A DNA stretch of 64,000 nt from positions 236,339 through 300,338 of the forward strand of contig LCIO01000001.1 in the NCBI GenBank assembly GCA_001001115.1, read 5' to 3'. Shown piece after piece: positions 1 to 10,247 of this stretch. A model generated the notes under the pieces. It was not told the DNA's origin. It ran no database searches and saw only the letters and a list, made by a program, of their open reading frames with translations. Each line of letters opens with the position of its first letter. Position 1 is the first letter of the stretch. The translations under genes were made by a program, and so were the position numbers. This DNA comes from Candidatus Wolfebacteria bacterium GW2011_GWA1_44_24. Its GTDB lineage: Bacteria; Patescibacteriota; Minisyncoccia; UBA6257; UBA9933.

Positions 1-963
1 GTAAGTCCGATGCTGCCAAGTCTGGGCCGAAAAAGAAATGTCAAAAACCCGCGAACCGGGAATAGATTTTACAAACGCCGTATCTTTGAAATAAACCATC
101 GTGCCGACTGCCAGCAATAAAACAACCACTCCCCCGAAAAACCATTTGCGCAGATTTTTCCTGCCGTACACGAAATAAGCCGTTCCCGCGACAATTGCCG
201 CCAATAATCCCACAAACGCGCCGCGAGTCGCCGCCAGCCAGAAAAAGACAAAAAACAAAATCATAAAAAACATCAAAATAATTCCTTTTAATGTTTTTAA
301 TTTTTCCCAATAAAAAATAATTCCGCGGGAATTTTTATCTGACTCGCGCCGGTCAGCGCCGAATAAAAGATAGCAGGCGTAAAACAAAGAAAAAACAAGA
401 TACGTCGCCACATAAGCCGGATTGCCGATGGAACCGGAAAACCTGAAACCACTGCCGCCGAACGCTCCGCCGATAAAACCCGACATTTTCAATCCGGCCG
501 CCGCTCCGTAAAGAATCATCAATGCCGCGGCGGCAATCAAGACCCAAAACAATTTCAGCCAATCTTTTTCTTCTCGAAAAACAACCGCCAGGAGCAGAAA
601 GAAAACGTAAAGATGGATTATCTGGATTCCTCCTTCGCCGCGCTCAAAATTGGACCAAAAGGAATTCGACGGATTAACGCCGAAAAATCCCGATAAAATA
701 AAAATAAGGACAAAAATCGAAACGGCGATGACCAGTGGGGATTTTAATTTAGCCGATAAACGGCTGCCCATGACCGACAATTTATCCTGCAGCAATAATC
801 CCAATAAAAAGAAAATGAGGGCTAAATCAACTGCGGCCCTGAAAAAAACATATTTGCCCACAATAAAAGGAAAAAGAGTGGAGGCGGTGACAATAGCCGT
901 CGAAAACGGCGCCAGATAAAGGAAAAATTTGGAAATTTTAAAAAAATTCAAATTATTATTCAC
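1..963 (-). CDS. Polytopic membrane protein, 5' part only; possibly O-antigen ligase/polymerase-like. Putative GTG start near 963; the gene runs off the left edge of the window.
   Basis: Continuous minus-strand frame with no stop from ~963 to 1 (absent from ORF track because no stop in window). Translation is highly hydrophobic with many predicted TM helices (…LFPFIVGKYVFFRAAVDLALIFFLLGLL…SIGNPAYVATYLVF…). Confidence 0.4.
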   Translation of the reverse strand, partial: MNNNLNFFKISKFFLYLAPFSTAIVTASTLFPFIVGKYVFFRAAVDLALIFFLLGLLLQDKLSVMGSRLSAKLKSPLVIAVSIFVLIFILSGFFGVNPSNSFWSNFERGEGGIQIIHLYVFFLLLAVVFREEKDWLKLFWVLIAAAALMILYGAAAGLKMSGFIGGAFGGSGFRFSGSIGNPAYVATYLVFSLFYACYLLFGADRRESDKNSRGIIFYWEKLKTLKGIILMFFMILFFVFFWLAATRGAFVGLLAAIVAGTAYFVYGRKNLRKWFFGGVVVLLLAVGTMVYFKDTAFVKSIPGSRVFDISFSAQTWQHRTY

Positions 964-1018
964 AAGATTTATTTCATCTTATCACCAAGTCTTCCAGAGC
1001 GCAAATACTTTTGAAAAC

Positions 1019-1050
1019 TAAATCGCCCCCGCGATGCGGGGGCGATTTTT
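1019..1050. terminator. Bidirectional rho-independent terminator
   Basis: Perfect GC-rich hairpin AAATCGCCCCCGC-GAT-GCGGGGGCGATTTTT with an A-run before and a T-run after. It sits between the end of the large minus-strand surface gene (1092) and the next gene. Confidence 0.6.
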
Positions 1051-1091
1051 CCGATTATGCGCTATCGGGAAACTCAATTCAGAATGTCAGA

Positions 1092-4000
1092 TTAAGTCTT
1101 CAGCGTCACAATTTCCACCGTTGGCGTTCCTTCAGTGTAAAGGCCTGTGATGGTGTCGTTAAGATCGCCATCAAGGTTGGCGTCATAGCCGCCAAGATCG
1201 CTTTCCTTTACATAGAACAAGATATTGCCAAGAGCGTTGACGGATATTTGAACAGTATTGTTGTTTTCAGCCGCAACGTTTGTCTTAACAATCAAGTACC
1301 TCCAAGAACCGCCATCAATCTTGCGATTGGATTCGGAAACAGTCTCTATGTCGCCGAACGGCAATGTTGAAGAGCTCAAGCTGGTCCACAAACTGGAAGT
1401 GCCATAGCTGACATCGGCGCTGGCGCTGCCGGCTCCCATACTGGAAGCGTAAAGCTTCCAAGTGGTGGTTGCCACCGAACTGGTGGCGCTGCCGCCGTTA
1501 GCAAAAGTGATTGTGCCGGTAGCAAAGTAAATCGGATTGTTACCGTTATTGGTAACTTTGAACACTCCGACTGTTTGTCCAGCTGACAATCCAAGCGTAG
1601 TCGCCGTAGTCGGCGAAACACCGGAAACCGTGACTTTTTGAGGCACGATATAGGTGATGCCGGTTGATGTCGCCGTACCCGACTTGGTTCCGGTTGTTAA
1701 GCCGGTAACCGAGCCTTTTACCGCTATGTCGTCAGTCGTTGAAGCAACCATAAACCTGAAGTTGTCTCCAAGTTTGGACGCCGCACCGGAAACATCGGCT
1801 TTAACATAAATGTTAACGCCGGTTGTCGGCACTGGAGCGGAAAGCAAGTTGTCAACGGCGGTAAAGGTCTTTGAACAAGAGCTTACGCCGCACAAATCAA
1901 ATTGCGCCGCTGTGGCAAACGGACTGGCTGAAGGACTACCCTCGTACAATTTAATGTTCGCGAGAGTGGTGGTCGCCAGCGCCGCGCCGGTCGATGTCGC
2001 CGTAATCTTCAACGAAGTGATTTTTTGCGGTTCAAAGAGAGAAGTCAGTTTGAACGCAAAATATGTTCCGCCGGAAGTGCCGATGGACGCCACCTGATTA
2101 ACCGAAGGCGAAGCGCCCGAGCCGGAAACCACCGACAAGAGAAGCTGGCCGGAGCTAACCAAAGTCATTATCTGTCCGCTGCCGGCGAATGTAATGTCTC
2201 CGCCGCTCAAAGTATTGCCAGTGGTAACGCCAGTCGCCGTAATCGCGCTCGTTGAAGAAGCGATTGCATACGAACTGGTCGCATTATTGGGAATACCGGA
2301 CAAAATATTGGCTTTGAAATGCAATGTAGTCGGCGAAGTTCGAGTCACCAAAAGCGGATTGCTCAAATTAAACGTCACCGCATTGCTGGACAACGATTCG
2401 GTTGAAGCGGTTGTCGCAAGAGATGAAGTTTCGTCGCCTTTATACAGCGCATAGCCCTTAATGAAGTTGGCCGGCGAAGAACTGCTATTAGCCTGAGTCA
2501 CGACAATCTTGGTGACATTGACATCTTCGCCGCTTGATTGGGCGTTCAGCTCAATGATGGCAAATTCATAACCATTGGTGCCGGCAACAATCGATTGCGC
2601 AAGCGGAGTTGACAAAGTGGTTGCCGACAAAGCCGCCGCCTTGACCGAAATGGCGTTGCCATCGGTGGCGGTTGCTCCCGGGTCAACCAAATCGTTGGTT
2701 ACCAATCTCTTAACCTGCGTCAGGTCAAAAGATTTAACCGTGTAAGTGCTGGCCGCGGTCGCAGTGGTCGAAATTGAACCCTTAACCGTGATAGTGCTGT
2801 CTGTTCCGGCTGTTAATATCGGATAAGAGGACAATGTGAAAGTGCTGGCGCTTGCCACGCCGATGCTTGAAGCCGCGGTGCTGTAAACGGTTACGCCGTT
2901 GACTTCCACTTTAACCGTGCCAGTCAAAACAATGCCTGTTCCGCTGGTGGCGATGTAGAAGCTGATTTGGCGAAGTTCCATATTTTCACCGTTCGGTTTG
3001 GCCATATATTTAGCCAAAATAACGTCGGTTGAACCCGGAGTCACCGAACTGGTCGGAGAATCCGTGGCTCGGCTGAATGTCAGCGAACCCGAACCGATTG
3101 TCTGGATATTGAATCCATTGCCAATCGGAAAGGCTGTGTCATTCGTGCCGGCGCCCGGTATCACTGATACCATGGTGGTAGCGCCGCGAAGGTCAATGTC
3201 GTAGTTGTTATAAACCGCGAAATTGACTGTTCGGCTGGCGCCGTTGATGATTTTCGCTTTAACGATGAAATCCTTCGAAGTTCCCTTGTCAATATTGACG
3301 GGACTGGCCGAAAGATTAAATGTGACGTATTTACCAACCTGTTGAGCCGTGGCAAGCACGGTGGTGCCGTCCTGGGCAAGGAGTTGGACGTCTTTAACAT
3401 CGGTATCAGCCGCGCTGCCATAATTGTACAACATCAAAGTGTACAATTTTATCGCTTCATTGCTTGAAGATTCCGTAATGCGGAATCGGGTAATTTCCTG
3501 AACATTATTGGGGTCAACATTTAATGTTGAAGAACCCGTGGAAGTCAGCGCGTCAAGGGTTGTTGAAGCCAATGAAGTGCCGCCATTGACAACGCTCATC
3601 GCGTTGCCGTTGATCGGGAAAACGCCGTTAACCGCCGAAGCGTCGGAAACGATAGCCGAAGCCGAAGCAAGGCTGAAGCTTACGGTGCCGTTATAATCAC
3701 CGGTTACTAAATTGAACCGAACCGTGGCGGTTTCAGTTTTACCGGCTGAAACAGCAATCGGATCAGTTGACATCGTAATCAACACCGTATTATCGGCGTT
3801 AATTGAAGTAACCACGGTGCCGTGACGGACGCCGCTGGAATCAACCACGTCAACGCCGTTCATTTTGGTGTTGGCCAAGAAACCGCTCTTGGTTACCGTA
3901 ATAGCGGTAATTTTTGCGTCTTGGGAAGCGGTTAAATTAACTTTCAACGCTTTGTTGAAAGCCGTGCCCGAACCAATAGTCGCTGAAGCCGGGTTATCCG

Positions 4001-4499
4001 AGGCCAAAGCCAAAGTCAAACCGGTTCCTGGAGTTGTCGGAGTTGTTGGAGTTGTTGGAGTTGTCGGCGTAGTTACGGCCAATGAAGCCAAATAAGCGCG
4101 GGTTTTGGGACCGAAATATCCGGCAGCCGGAGAAACTCCGGCGCTGGCCTGATATTCACCCAAAGCCGCTCTGGTCAAAGAACCAAAAAAGCCGGTGGCG
4201 CCAACCGCTGCCAAAGCCGCTGCCGCTGATCCTTTATTGACGGATATCAGATAATTCTGCAGGGACTTAACATCGTCTCCCTTGCTGCCGACCGTCAAAT
4301 CGGTGGCAATCGAAGGAATTGAAGTCGCTGGCGCTTGAACCGCCAACTGCGCCTGCAAAGCCTGAATCTGAGCCAGCAAGGCCGTGATTTGCGCCTGCAA
4401 ATCGACGGTTGTCTGACCCATAGCGCCAACAGGAATCATGGTCGCTATCATGGTGATGGCAACCAGGGTTGTTGAAAATTTGTTTAATGTATTACTCAT
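1092..4499 (-). CDS. Very large (1135 aa) cell-surface protein with N-terminal signal/TM, coiled-coil, peptidoglycan-binding (PG_binding_1-like) domain, (TPT)n linker and a long Thr/Ser/Ala-rich repetitive Ig-like region
   Basis: ORF track 1135 aa. N-terminus is MSNTLNKFSTTLVAITMIATMIPVGA. The motif LQNYLISV…FGSLTRAALGEYQ…GYFGPKTRAYL matches the PG-binding domain 1 pattern. TPTTPTTPTTPTTP linker and low-complexity T/S/A/V/G-rich β-strand-like repeats. Terminator downstream. Confidence 0.75.
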   Translation of the reverse strand: MSNTLNKFSTTLVAITMIATMIPVGAMGQTTVDLQAQITALLAQIQALQAQLAVQAPATSIPSIATDLTVGSKGDDVKSLQNYLISVNKGSAAAALAAVGATGFFGSLTRAALGEYQASAGVSPAAGYFGPKTRAYLASLAVTTPTTPTTPTTPTTPGTGLTLALASDNPASATIGSGTAFNKALKVNLTASQDAKITAITVTKSGFLANTKMNGVDVVDSSGVRHGTVVTSINADNTVLITMSTDPIAVSAGKTETATVRFNLVTGDYNGTVSFSLASASAIVSDASAVNGVFPINGNAMSVVNGGTSLASTTLDALTSTGSSTLNVDPNNVQEITRFRITESSSNEAIKLYTLMLYNYGSAADTDVKDVQLLAQDGTTVLATAQQVGKYVTFNLSASPVNIDKGTSKDFIVKAKIINGASRTVNFAVYNNYDIDLRGATTMVSVIPGAGTNDTAFPIGNGFNIQTIGSGSLTFSRATDSPTSSVTPGSTDVILAKYMAKPNGENMELRQISFYIATSGTGIVLTGTVKVEVNGVTVYSTAASSIGVASASTFTLSSYPILTAGTDSTITVKGSISTTATAASTYTVKSFDLTQVKRLVTNDLVDPGATATDGNAISVKAAALSATTLSTPLAQSIVAGTNGYEFAIIELNAQSSGEDVNVTKIVVTQANSSSSPANFIKGYALYKGDETSSLATTASTESLSSNAVTFNLSNPLLVTRTSPTTLHFKANILSGIPNNATSSYAIASSTSAITATGVTTGNTLSGGDITFAGSGQIMTLVSSGQLLLSVVSGSGASPSVNQVASIGTSGGTYFAFKLTSLFEPQKITSLKITATSTGAALATTTLANIKLYEGSPSASPFATAAQFDLCGVSSCSKTFTAVDNLLSAPVPTTGVNIYVKADVSGAASKLGDNFRFMVASTTDDIAVKGSVTGLTTGTKSGTATSTGITYIVPQKVTVSGVSPTTATTLGLSAGQTVGVFKVTNNGNNPIYFATGTITFANGGSATSSVATTTWKLYASSMGAGSASADVSYGTSSLWTSLSSSTLPFGDIETVSESNRKIDGGSWRYLIVKTNVAAENNNTVQISVNALGNILFYVKESDLGGYDANLDGDLNDTITGLYTEGTPTVEIVTLKT

Positions 4500-4888
4500 T
4501 TTTTATTTTTAAGTTAGGAGTCGATTTTTACTTCAAAAAGTGAGGTTTTTGAGAATAAAAATGACAATAAAATTTTATGATTTAAATGTTTTTGTTTCTG
4601 GAAAGTTATCGCTTTCATCAACCGACCCGCTGTCTGGCCATGTGAGGTTAGGCAGCAGCTTAATAAAAGAATAACCTGTATAGCAAATAAAAAACTCACT
4701 TTCAAAAAGTGAGACTGATGCCAAAAACCAAAGCTAACGCCAAAAGCTTGATTGCGATTCAGCCTCACTTCTGAATCTTTATATCTGTTGATAATAACCG
4801 CTGGTTATCCCTTTGACAATAGCCTGACTGTGGATAACCGCTTCTTCACCTCTATAATATTTCTAACGAATAAGGAGGCTGTTTGTTT

Positions 4889-5632
4889 CTACGGCCGCCA
4901 CCTGGAAGCCGCAAAAATGACAACGATAGACGCTATAAAAATAATGATGTTTTTCAAAGCCCCTTGCCGGTTAAGGGTTCCGTTTAAATGATGGATAGCC
5001 GACTCTTTCATGACCAAAACCATCGCCAAAAGCAAAGCGCTTGAATTCAAAAAACCCAAAGGCAGAAGAGCGACGGCCCAAAAAAATTGAAGATTCAAGA
5101 AAGTAAAACCAGCGGCCAATAAATTTACTTTCGCCGCCGTTTGTCCCAAATTCAGCGCGAAACGAAACGCTTCGTGCCAAAGCAAAAATATTGCCAGACC
5201 GGCCAATAGATATTTCAACGCAAAAAAATTTGATTTATCGGAAAGAAAAAACGCGACAAAAACCAAAAACATCAAAGAATTGTTGAAAAGATGATAGAGC
5301 GGCTGGCGATGGACGAAAATCAGATTTTTAATTCCAAGCAGAAGAAAAAATAAAAAAGATAAAATCAAAACAACAGCTAATCGCAACGGCCATTGTTCGT
5401 TGAACGGATAAAAAACGAAAAGCAAAGAAACAACGAGGAGGATTAGAAAAGAAGAAAGCATCGGCCGGGTTTTGGAAAACGGCTGGAAATAAAAATAAGC
5501 GGCCGCGACAATGAAAATAACGGTCAACGGCCAGCCGGCGGCCGCCAAAAATACGAACAAGCCGAAAATCGCGGCCTTAAGCGCCGATCGTGATGTGTTC
5601 CCCCTTAAAACCAAGCTTAATTTTTTTGGCAT
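4889..5632 (-). CDS. Integral membrane protein, unknown function. Start trimmed to an internal Met to reduce overlap with clpB.
   Basis: ORF 4889..5674 is highly hydrophobic with 6-8 predicted TM helices. Overlaps the clpB 3' end, so MPKKLS at 5632 was chosen as start; the start is uncertain. Confidence 0.5.
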   Translation of the reverse strand: MPKKLSLVLRGNTSRSALKAAIFGLFVFLAAAGWPLTVIFIVAAAYFYFQPFSKTRPMLSSFLILLVVSLLFVFYPFNEQWPLRLAVVLILSFLFFLLLGIKNLIFVHRQPLYHLFNNSLMFLVFVAFFLSDKSNFFALKYLLAGLAIFLLWHEAFRFALNLGQTAAKVNLLAAGFTFLNLQFFWAVALLPLGFLNSSALLLAMVLVMKESAIHHLNGTLNRQGALKNIIIFIASIVVIFAASRWRP

Positions 5633-8216
5633 CTTTAAGTTCGCCTTTAATAATCCGATTGGCCAATTCGTCAAGAATCAATTTTTGAATCATCCGCTTG
5701 ATCGGCCTCGCGCCGTAATCCGGGTCAAAACCGGCTTCCGCAATATGCCGTCTTAAGGAATTGTCGACAGTGACTTCAAATCCCCGGTTGGCCAATTTTT
5801 CCTTCAGCATTCCGAGTTGAAGGTCGATGATTTTTTCAATTTCTTTTTTCCCCAAAGGATTAAAAATGATGATTTCATCCAAACGATTCAAAAATTCCGG
5901 ACGGAAAGTTTCTTTAAGCGATTCTTCCACCCGTTCTTTGAATTCATCGGTTTTGTTCTTTTGCTCGTCAACGTCTATTCTGGTGCTAAAACCCAATTTG
6001 GAAATTTCCCGGAAATACTCGCTGCCGACGTTTGAAGTCAGAACGATAATGGAATTTTTGAAATTGATTATTTTGCCCTTGCCGTCGGTCAATCGACCGT
6101 TATCCAAAACCTGAAGTAAAAGGTTAAAAACTTCAGGATGGGCTTTTTCGATTTCATCGAATAAAATCAGGCTGTATGGCCGATGACGGACGGTTTCGGT
6201 TAATTGCCCGCCTTCTTCGTGTCCCACATAGCCGGGCGGCGAGCCGATAAGCCGCGCCACGCTGTGGCGTTCCATATATTCGGACATATCGATTCTAATC
6301 AGGGCTTTTTCGTCGTTAAACATGAATTCCGCCAAAGCCCGCACCAGCTCGGTTTTGCCCACGCCGGTCGGACCCAAAAACATAAAAGAGCCGAAAGGTT
6401 TGTCTTCGGGGGCCAAGCCCGCGCGCGCCCGGCGAAGAGCGCTGGAGATGGCTTTAATCGCTTTTTCCTGGCCGATGACTCTTCCGGAAAGAACTTCCTC
6501 TATTTTGGAAAGTTTTTCCGCTTCAGACTCAAGCATTCTCGAAACCGGAATGCCGGTCCAGCGGGAAACCACGGCCGCAATGTCTTCTTCGTCAACTTTT
6601 TCTTTTATAAAATGCTGTTCCGCGCCTTTTTTTATTTTCCCCCTTCCTCTTTCAACATATTTTTTTTCAAAAGCTTTCAACTCTTTTTCCGCCTGAGGCA
6701 ATTCGCCATAGACGATTTTCGCCACTTTCTCCAAATTTCCTTCCCGCTCGGCCAGTTCCGCTTCTTGGCGCAAATTTTCCACCTTCTTTCTCAAATTATG
6801 AAATTCTTCGAAGGTGATTTTTTCTCCGTGCCACTTGGCGGAAAGTCCGTCGTTTTTCTCTTTCAATTTACGCAATTCTTTTTCAATTTCTTTCAGCCGC
6901 TTGTCTTTTTTATTTTCAGAAAGCAGAGCCTGGCGTTCAATTTCCAAACGAGTTATTTCTCTTCTCGTTTTGTCGATTTCTTTCGGCAAACTTTCGGTTT
7001 CCAGCCGCCGGCCGGCCGCGGCCTCGTCAATCAAATCAATGGCTTTGTCCGGCAAAAACCGGTCGGTAATGTAACGAGCCGAAAGATTGACGGCCGAAAC
7101 AATCGCCTCGTCGGAAATTCTGATGCCGTGATGAAGCTCGTATTTTTCTTTAAGCCCGCGCAAAATCGCGACGCTGTCGTTAATCGAAGGTTCATCAACC
7201 ATAACCGGCGAAAATCGCCTCTCCAAAGCCGCGTCTTTTTCAATGTGGCGCTGATATTCCCTGATGGTGGTGGCGCCGATAGCCCTCAATTCTCCCCGAG
7301 CCAAAGCGGGTTTAAGCAAATTGGAAGCGTCAATCGCTCCTTCGGCCGCGCCGGCGCCGACAATCATATGAATTTCATCGATAAAAAGAATGAGCTTCCC
7401 GCTCGATTGCTGGATTTCTTTGATAAACGCTTTGAGCCGGTCTTCGAATTCCCCCCGAAATTTCGTGCCGGCGATTAAAGACCCCAAATCAAGCATGATG
7501 ATTTCTTTGTTCTTCAGCGGTTCCGGCACGTCGCCCGAAGCAATCCGCTGAGCCAATCCTTCAACCACCGCTGTTTTGCCCACGCCGGGTTCGCCGATTA
7601 AGACCGGATTATTTTTGGTGCGCCGGCTTAAAATCTGAATCAAGCGCCGAAGCTCTTCTCCCCGGCCGATGACCGGGTCAAGTTTTCCGGCTCTGGCTGA
7701 ATTCGTCAGATTAACGGCGTATTTTTCCAACACCTGAAATTTTGATTCCGGCGTCTCATCGGTAATCCGCATTGAACCGCGAAGTTGGGCTAAAACCCTA
7801 ATCGCCGTTTCCCGGCGCAAACCAAAGTTTTCCAGAATCCGGCTGGCGCTAGAACCGCTTTCCAAAATCGCCAGAAGCAAATGTTCGCAAGAAATAAATT
7901 CGTCTTTCTGGTGGCCGGCGATTTTCGCCCCCCGATCCAAAACCTGCATCAATTCCTGGGAAAGATAAAGCTGGCCGACATTAGAACCGCCGAAAATTTT
8001 CGGCTGTTTCTTCAATTCTTCATCAAGCGCCTGAGCCAGAGATTCAAGATTGACGCCGGCCCTTATCAGAAGCGGCCTGACAAGAGATTGTTCATCGGAA
8101 ATCAAAGAGATTAAAAGATGGATAATCTTAAGTTCGCCGTGATTTTCTCGGGCCGCCAAATCCTGGGCATTTTGAAGGGCCTCCTGGGCCTTGATTGTAA
8201 AACGATGAAAATTCAT
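5577..8216 (-). CDS. clpB: ATP-dependent chaperone ClpB (Hsp100, two AAA+ modules)
   Basis: 879 aa. N-domain [18 protein letters not shown]. Two Walker A motifs ([15 protein letters not shown] and [15 protein letters not shown]). Long middle coiled-coil typical of ClpB. Confidence 0.93.
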   Translation of the reverse strand: MNFHRFTIKAQEALQNAQDLAARENHGELKIIHLLISLISDEQSLVRPLLIRAGVNLESLAQALDEELKKQPKIFGGSNVGQLYLSQELMQVLDRGAKIAGHQKDEFISCEHLLLAILESGSSASRILENFGLRRETAIRVLAQLRGSMRITDETPESKFQVLEKYAVNLTNSARAGKLDPVIGRGEELRRLIQILSRRTKNNPVLIGEPGVGKTAVVEGLAQRIASGDVPEPLKNKEIIMLDLGSLIAGTKFRGEFEDRLKAFIKEIQQSSGKLILFIDEIHMIVGAGAAEGAIDASNLLKPALARGELRAIGATTIREYQRHIEKDAALERRFSPVMVDEPSINDSVAILRGLKEKYELHHGIRISDEAIVSAVNLSARYITDRFLPDKAIDLIDEAAAGRRLETESLPKEIDKTRREITRLEIERQALLSENKKDKRLKEIEKELRKLKEKNDGLSAKWHGEKITFEEFHNLRKKVENLRQEAELAEREGNLEKVAKIVYGELPQAEKELKAFEKKYVERGRGKIKKGAEQHFIKEKVDEEDIAAVVSRWTGIPVSRMLESEAEKLSKIEEVLSGRVIGQEKAIKAISSALRRARAGLAPEDKPFGSFMFLGPTGVGKTELVRALAEFMFNDEKALIRIDMSEYMERHSVARLIGSPPGYVGHEEGGQLTETVRHRPYSLILFDEIEKAHPEVFNLLLQVLDNGRLTDGKGKIINFKNSIIVLTSNVGSEYFREISKLGFSTRIDVDEQKNKTDEFKERVEESLKETFRPEFLNRLDEIIIFNPLGKKEIEKIIDLQLGMLKEKLANRGFEVTVDNSLRRHIAEAGFDPDYGARPIKRMIQKLILDELANRIIKGELKDAKKIKLGFKGEHITIGA

Positions 8217-8261
8217 AAATTTTGGTATATTATAATAAAAAAATTAAAAAATTCAACGGGT

Positions 8262-9434
8262 ATGAAAAAAATCTATTTTGATTGCGCCGCTACTACACCG
8301 ATTGATTCGACGGTCAAAAAGGCGATGCTGCCTTATTTTTCCGAAAAATTCGGCAATCCCAGTTCGCTTCATTCTTTCGGACAGGAAGTAATGGCCGCAA
8401 TTGATGACTCAAGGGAAAAAATCGCTCGCTCCATCGGCGCGAATTTTCACGAAATAATTTTTACCGGTTCGGCGACTGAAGCGAATAATCTGGCGTTGCG
8501 CGGCGCAATGAAATTTTTTAATAATCAAAAAATTTCACCCTTAAGGATAATTATTTCTGCGATTGAACACGAATCAATTTTAGAAACCGCTCGAAGTCTT
8601 GAAAAAGAAGGAATAGAAATAATTTATCTGCCGGTTAATAAACAAGGAATTGTTGATTTGAAAAAACTAAAAGATTCCCTCAATGAACGCACGATTTTAA
8701 TTTCCATAATGTACGCCAACAATGAAATCGGAACAATCCAGCCAATCGCTGAAATTGCGAAAATAATCAGTGAATTTAAAAAAGGAGAAAAAATTTCTTT
8801 CCCCTACCCGCTATTTCACACCGACGCCGTTCAGGCCTTCCAATTTTTGAATTGCGATGTCGAAAAATTGAGCGTTGATCTGATGACTTTGTCGGGGCAT
8901 AAAATTTACGGACCAAAAGGAGTCGGCGCGCTATTTATGAAACATATTCCAAATTCTGAATTCCAGATTTTAAATTCCATCATTACCGGTGGCGGACAGG
9001 AATTCGGTTTGCGTTCCGGCACGGAAAACGTGCCCGCCATTGTCGGTTTTGCCAAAGCCGCGGAATTGGCGGTCAAAAACCGCAAAAAAGAATCTGAAAA
9101 AATCGGCCAATTAACGAATTATTTCTGGCAAAAAATCAAAAAAATCTTTCCAAAAACGGAAATAAACGGCAGCAGAAATCGCCTGCCAAATATCTTAAAC
9201 GTCTATTTTTCCAACCGTCGCGCTGAAGATTTGTTAATAAAACTTGATTTGGCCGGCGTTGCGGTTTCTTCCGGCAGCGCTTGTTCAAGCCGCTCGACAA
9301 AACTTTCTTACGTCCTCAAAGCCGTCGGCTGCGATGACAAAAGAATAAAAAGCAGTTTGCGTTTCAGTTTTGGAAAATTCACGACCAAAAAGGAAATTGA
9401 TGAAGTGATAAAAATAATGGAAAATATTTTATAA
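8262..9434 (+). CDS. iscS: Cysteine desulfurase (NifS/IscS family, class V aminotransferase)
   Basis: Start moved to MKKIYFDCAATTP (the ORF-track 5' extension overlaps clpB). Motifs FGNPSSLHSFG, SGHKIYGPKGVGALF (PLP-lysine), SSGSACSS (active-site Cys loop). Confidence 0.85.
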   Translation: MKKIYFDCAATTPIDSTVKKAMLPYFSEKFGNPSSLHSFGQEVMAAIDDSREKIARSIGANFHEIIFTGSATEANNLALRGAMKFFNNQKISPLRIIISAIEHESILETARSLEKEGIEIIYLPVNKQGIVDLKKLKDSLNERTILISIMYANNEIGTIQPIAEIAKIISEFKKGEKISFPYPLFHTDAVQAFQFLNCDVEKLSVDLMTLSGHKIYGPKGVGALFMKHIPNSEFQILNSIITGGGQEFGLRSGTENVPAIVGFAKAAELAVKNRKKESEKIGQLTNYFWQKIKKIFPKTEINGSRNRLPNILNVYFSNRRAEDLLIKLDLAGVAVSSGSACSSRSTKLSYVLKAVGCDDKRIKSSLRFSFGKFTTKKEIDEVIKIMENIL

Positions 9435-10244
9435 GCCAAATGCCAGCAAACTATTTTTAACGGTTTGCTCGCTGATTTTTTCCAGTGACAACCCCTTAAT
9501 TTCCGCCAATTTCTTGGCGGTTTCAATAATATGCGCCGGTTCATTTCTCTGTCCCCGATACGACGCCGGCGCCACATAAGGCGCGTCGGTTTCCAAAAGA
9601 ATTTTTTCCAAAGGAATATATCTGATTATTTCGTCAAAATCGCGATTAAAAGTAATCAAACCGCCGAAGGTGAAATAAAATCCCATTGCCAGCAATTTTT
9701 TGGCATCATCCAAGGTGCCGGTGAAAAAATGAATAACGCCGGGTTTTAAATTCTGAACTTCGGATTTTAAAATTTCAATTGAATCATCAAACGCCTGCCG
9801 GCAATGAATCATCAACGGCTTATCGATTTCATTCGCCAATTTAATGTGTTTTATAAAAACTTCTTTTTGTTTGATTTTTGATTTTTCATCTTTAATTCTA
9901 TAATAATCCAATCCGCATTCTCCGATTGCCACCACTTTTTCATTTTTTGCCAATTCCAGATAATAATTTTTGTCAAAATCTTCCCCCCTGGTTTTATATT
10001 GGATTTTCTCGCCGGCTTCCAATCTATCAACTTCTGTCTCAAAAAGGTGGGCTGGATGAAGACCGACAGCCGCGTAAACGCCTTTCTCGTAATTCTGGGC
10101 GATTTCTACGGCGCGCTTGGAAGTTGTTGACTGCGAACCGACATTAACGAGCCAGATATTATTTTTTAAAGCCTTGTCGATAACTTCCCGCCAATCGTTT
10201 TTAAAAGCATTGAAGTTTACGTGGGTATGAGCGTCAAATAACAT
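9429..10244 (-). CDS. tatD: TatD-family metal-dependent DNase/hydrolase
   Basis: MLFDAHTHVNF…GLHP…ECGLDYY…HCR…ETDAPY motifs typical of TatD. Confidence 0.85.
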   Translation of the reverse strand: MLFDAHTHVNFNAFKNDWREVIDKALKNNIWLVNVGSQSTTSKRAVEIAQNYEKGVYAAVGLHPAHLFETEVDRLEAGEKIQYKTRGEDFDKNYYLELAKNEKVVAIGECGLDYYRIKDEKSKIKQKEVFIKHIKLANEIDKPLMIHCRQAFDDSIEILKSEVQNLKPGVIHFFTGTLDDAKKLLAMGFYFTFGGLITFNRDFDEIIRYIPLEKILLETDAPYVAPASYRGQRNEPAHIIETAKKLAEIKGLSLEKISEQTVKNSLLAFGL

Positions 10245-10247
10245 AGA

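Noticed and set aside
4752-4991. 79-aa plus-strand ORF with AAGGAGG nearby in the surface-protein upstream region
   Set aside because: The RBS-like string is >40 nt from the ATG; the ORF overlaps the minus-strand membrane gene and has no features. The region is better explained as a promoter/leader containing two CTCACTTT…AAAGTGAG hairpins.
6204-7478. 424-aa plus-strand ORF and other plus-strand ORFs inside clpB
   Set aside because: Antisense to a confidently identified clpB; low-complexity Phe/Arg-rich translation typical of shadow ORFs in AT-biased DNA.
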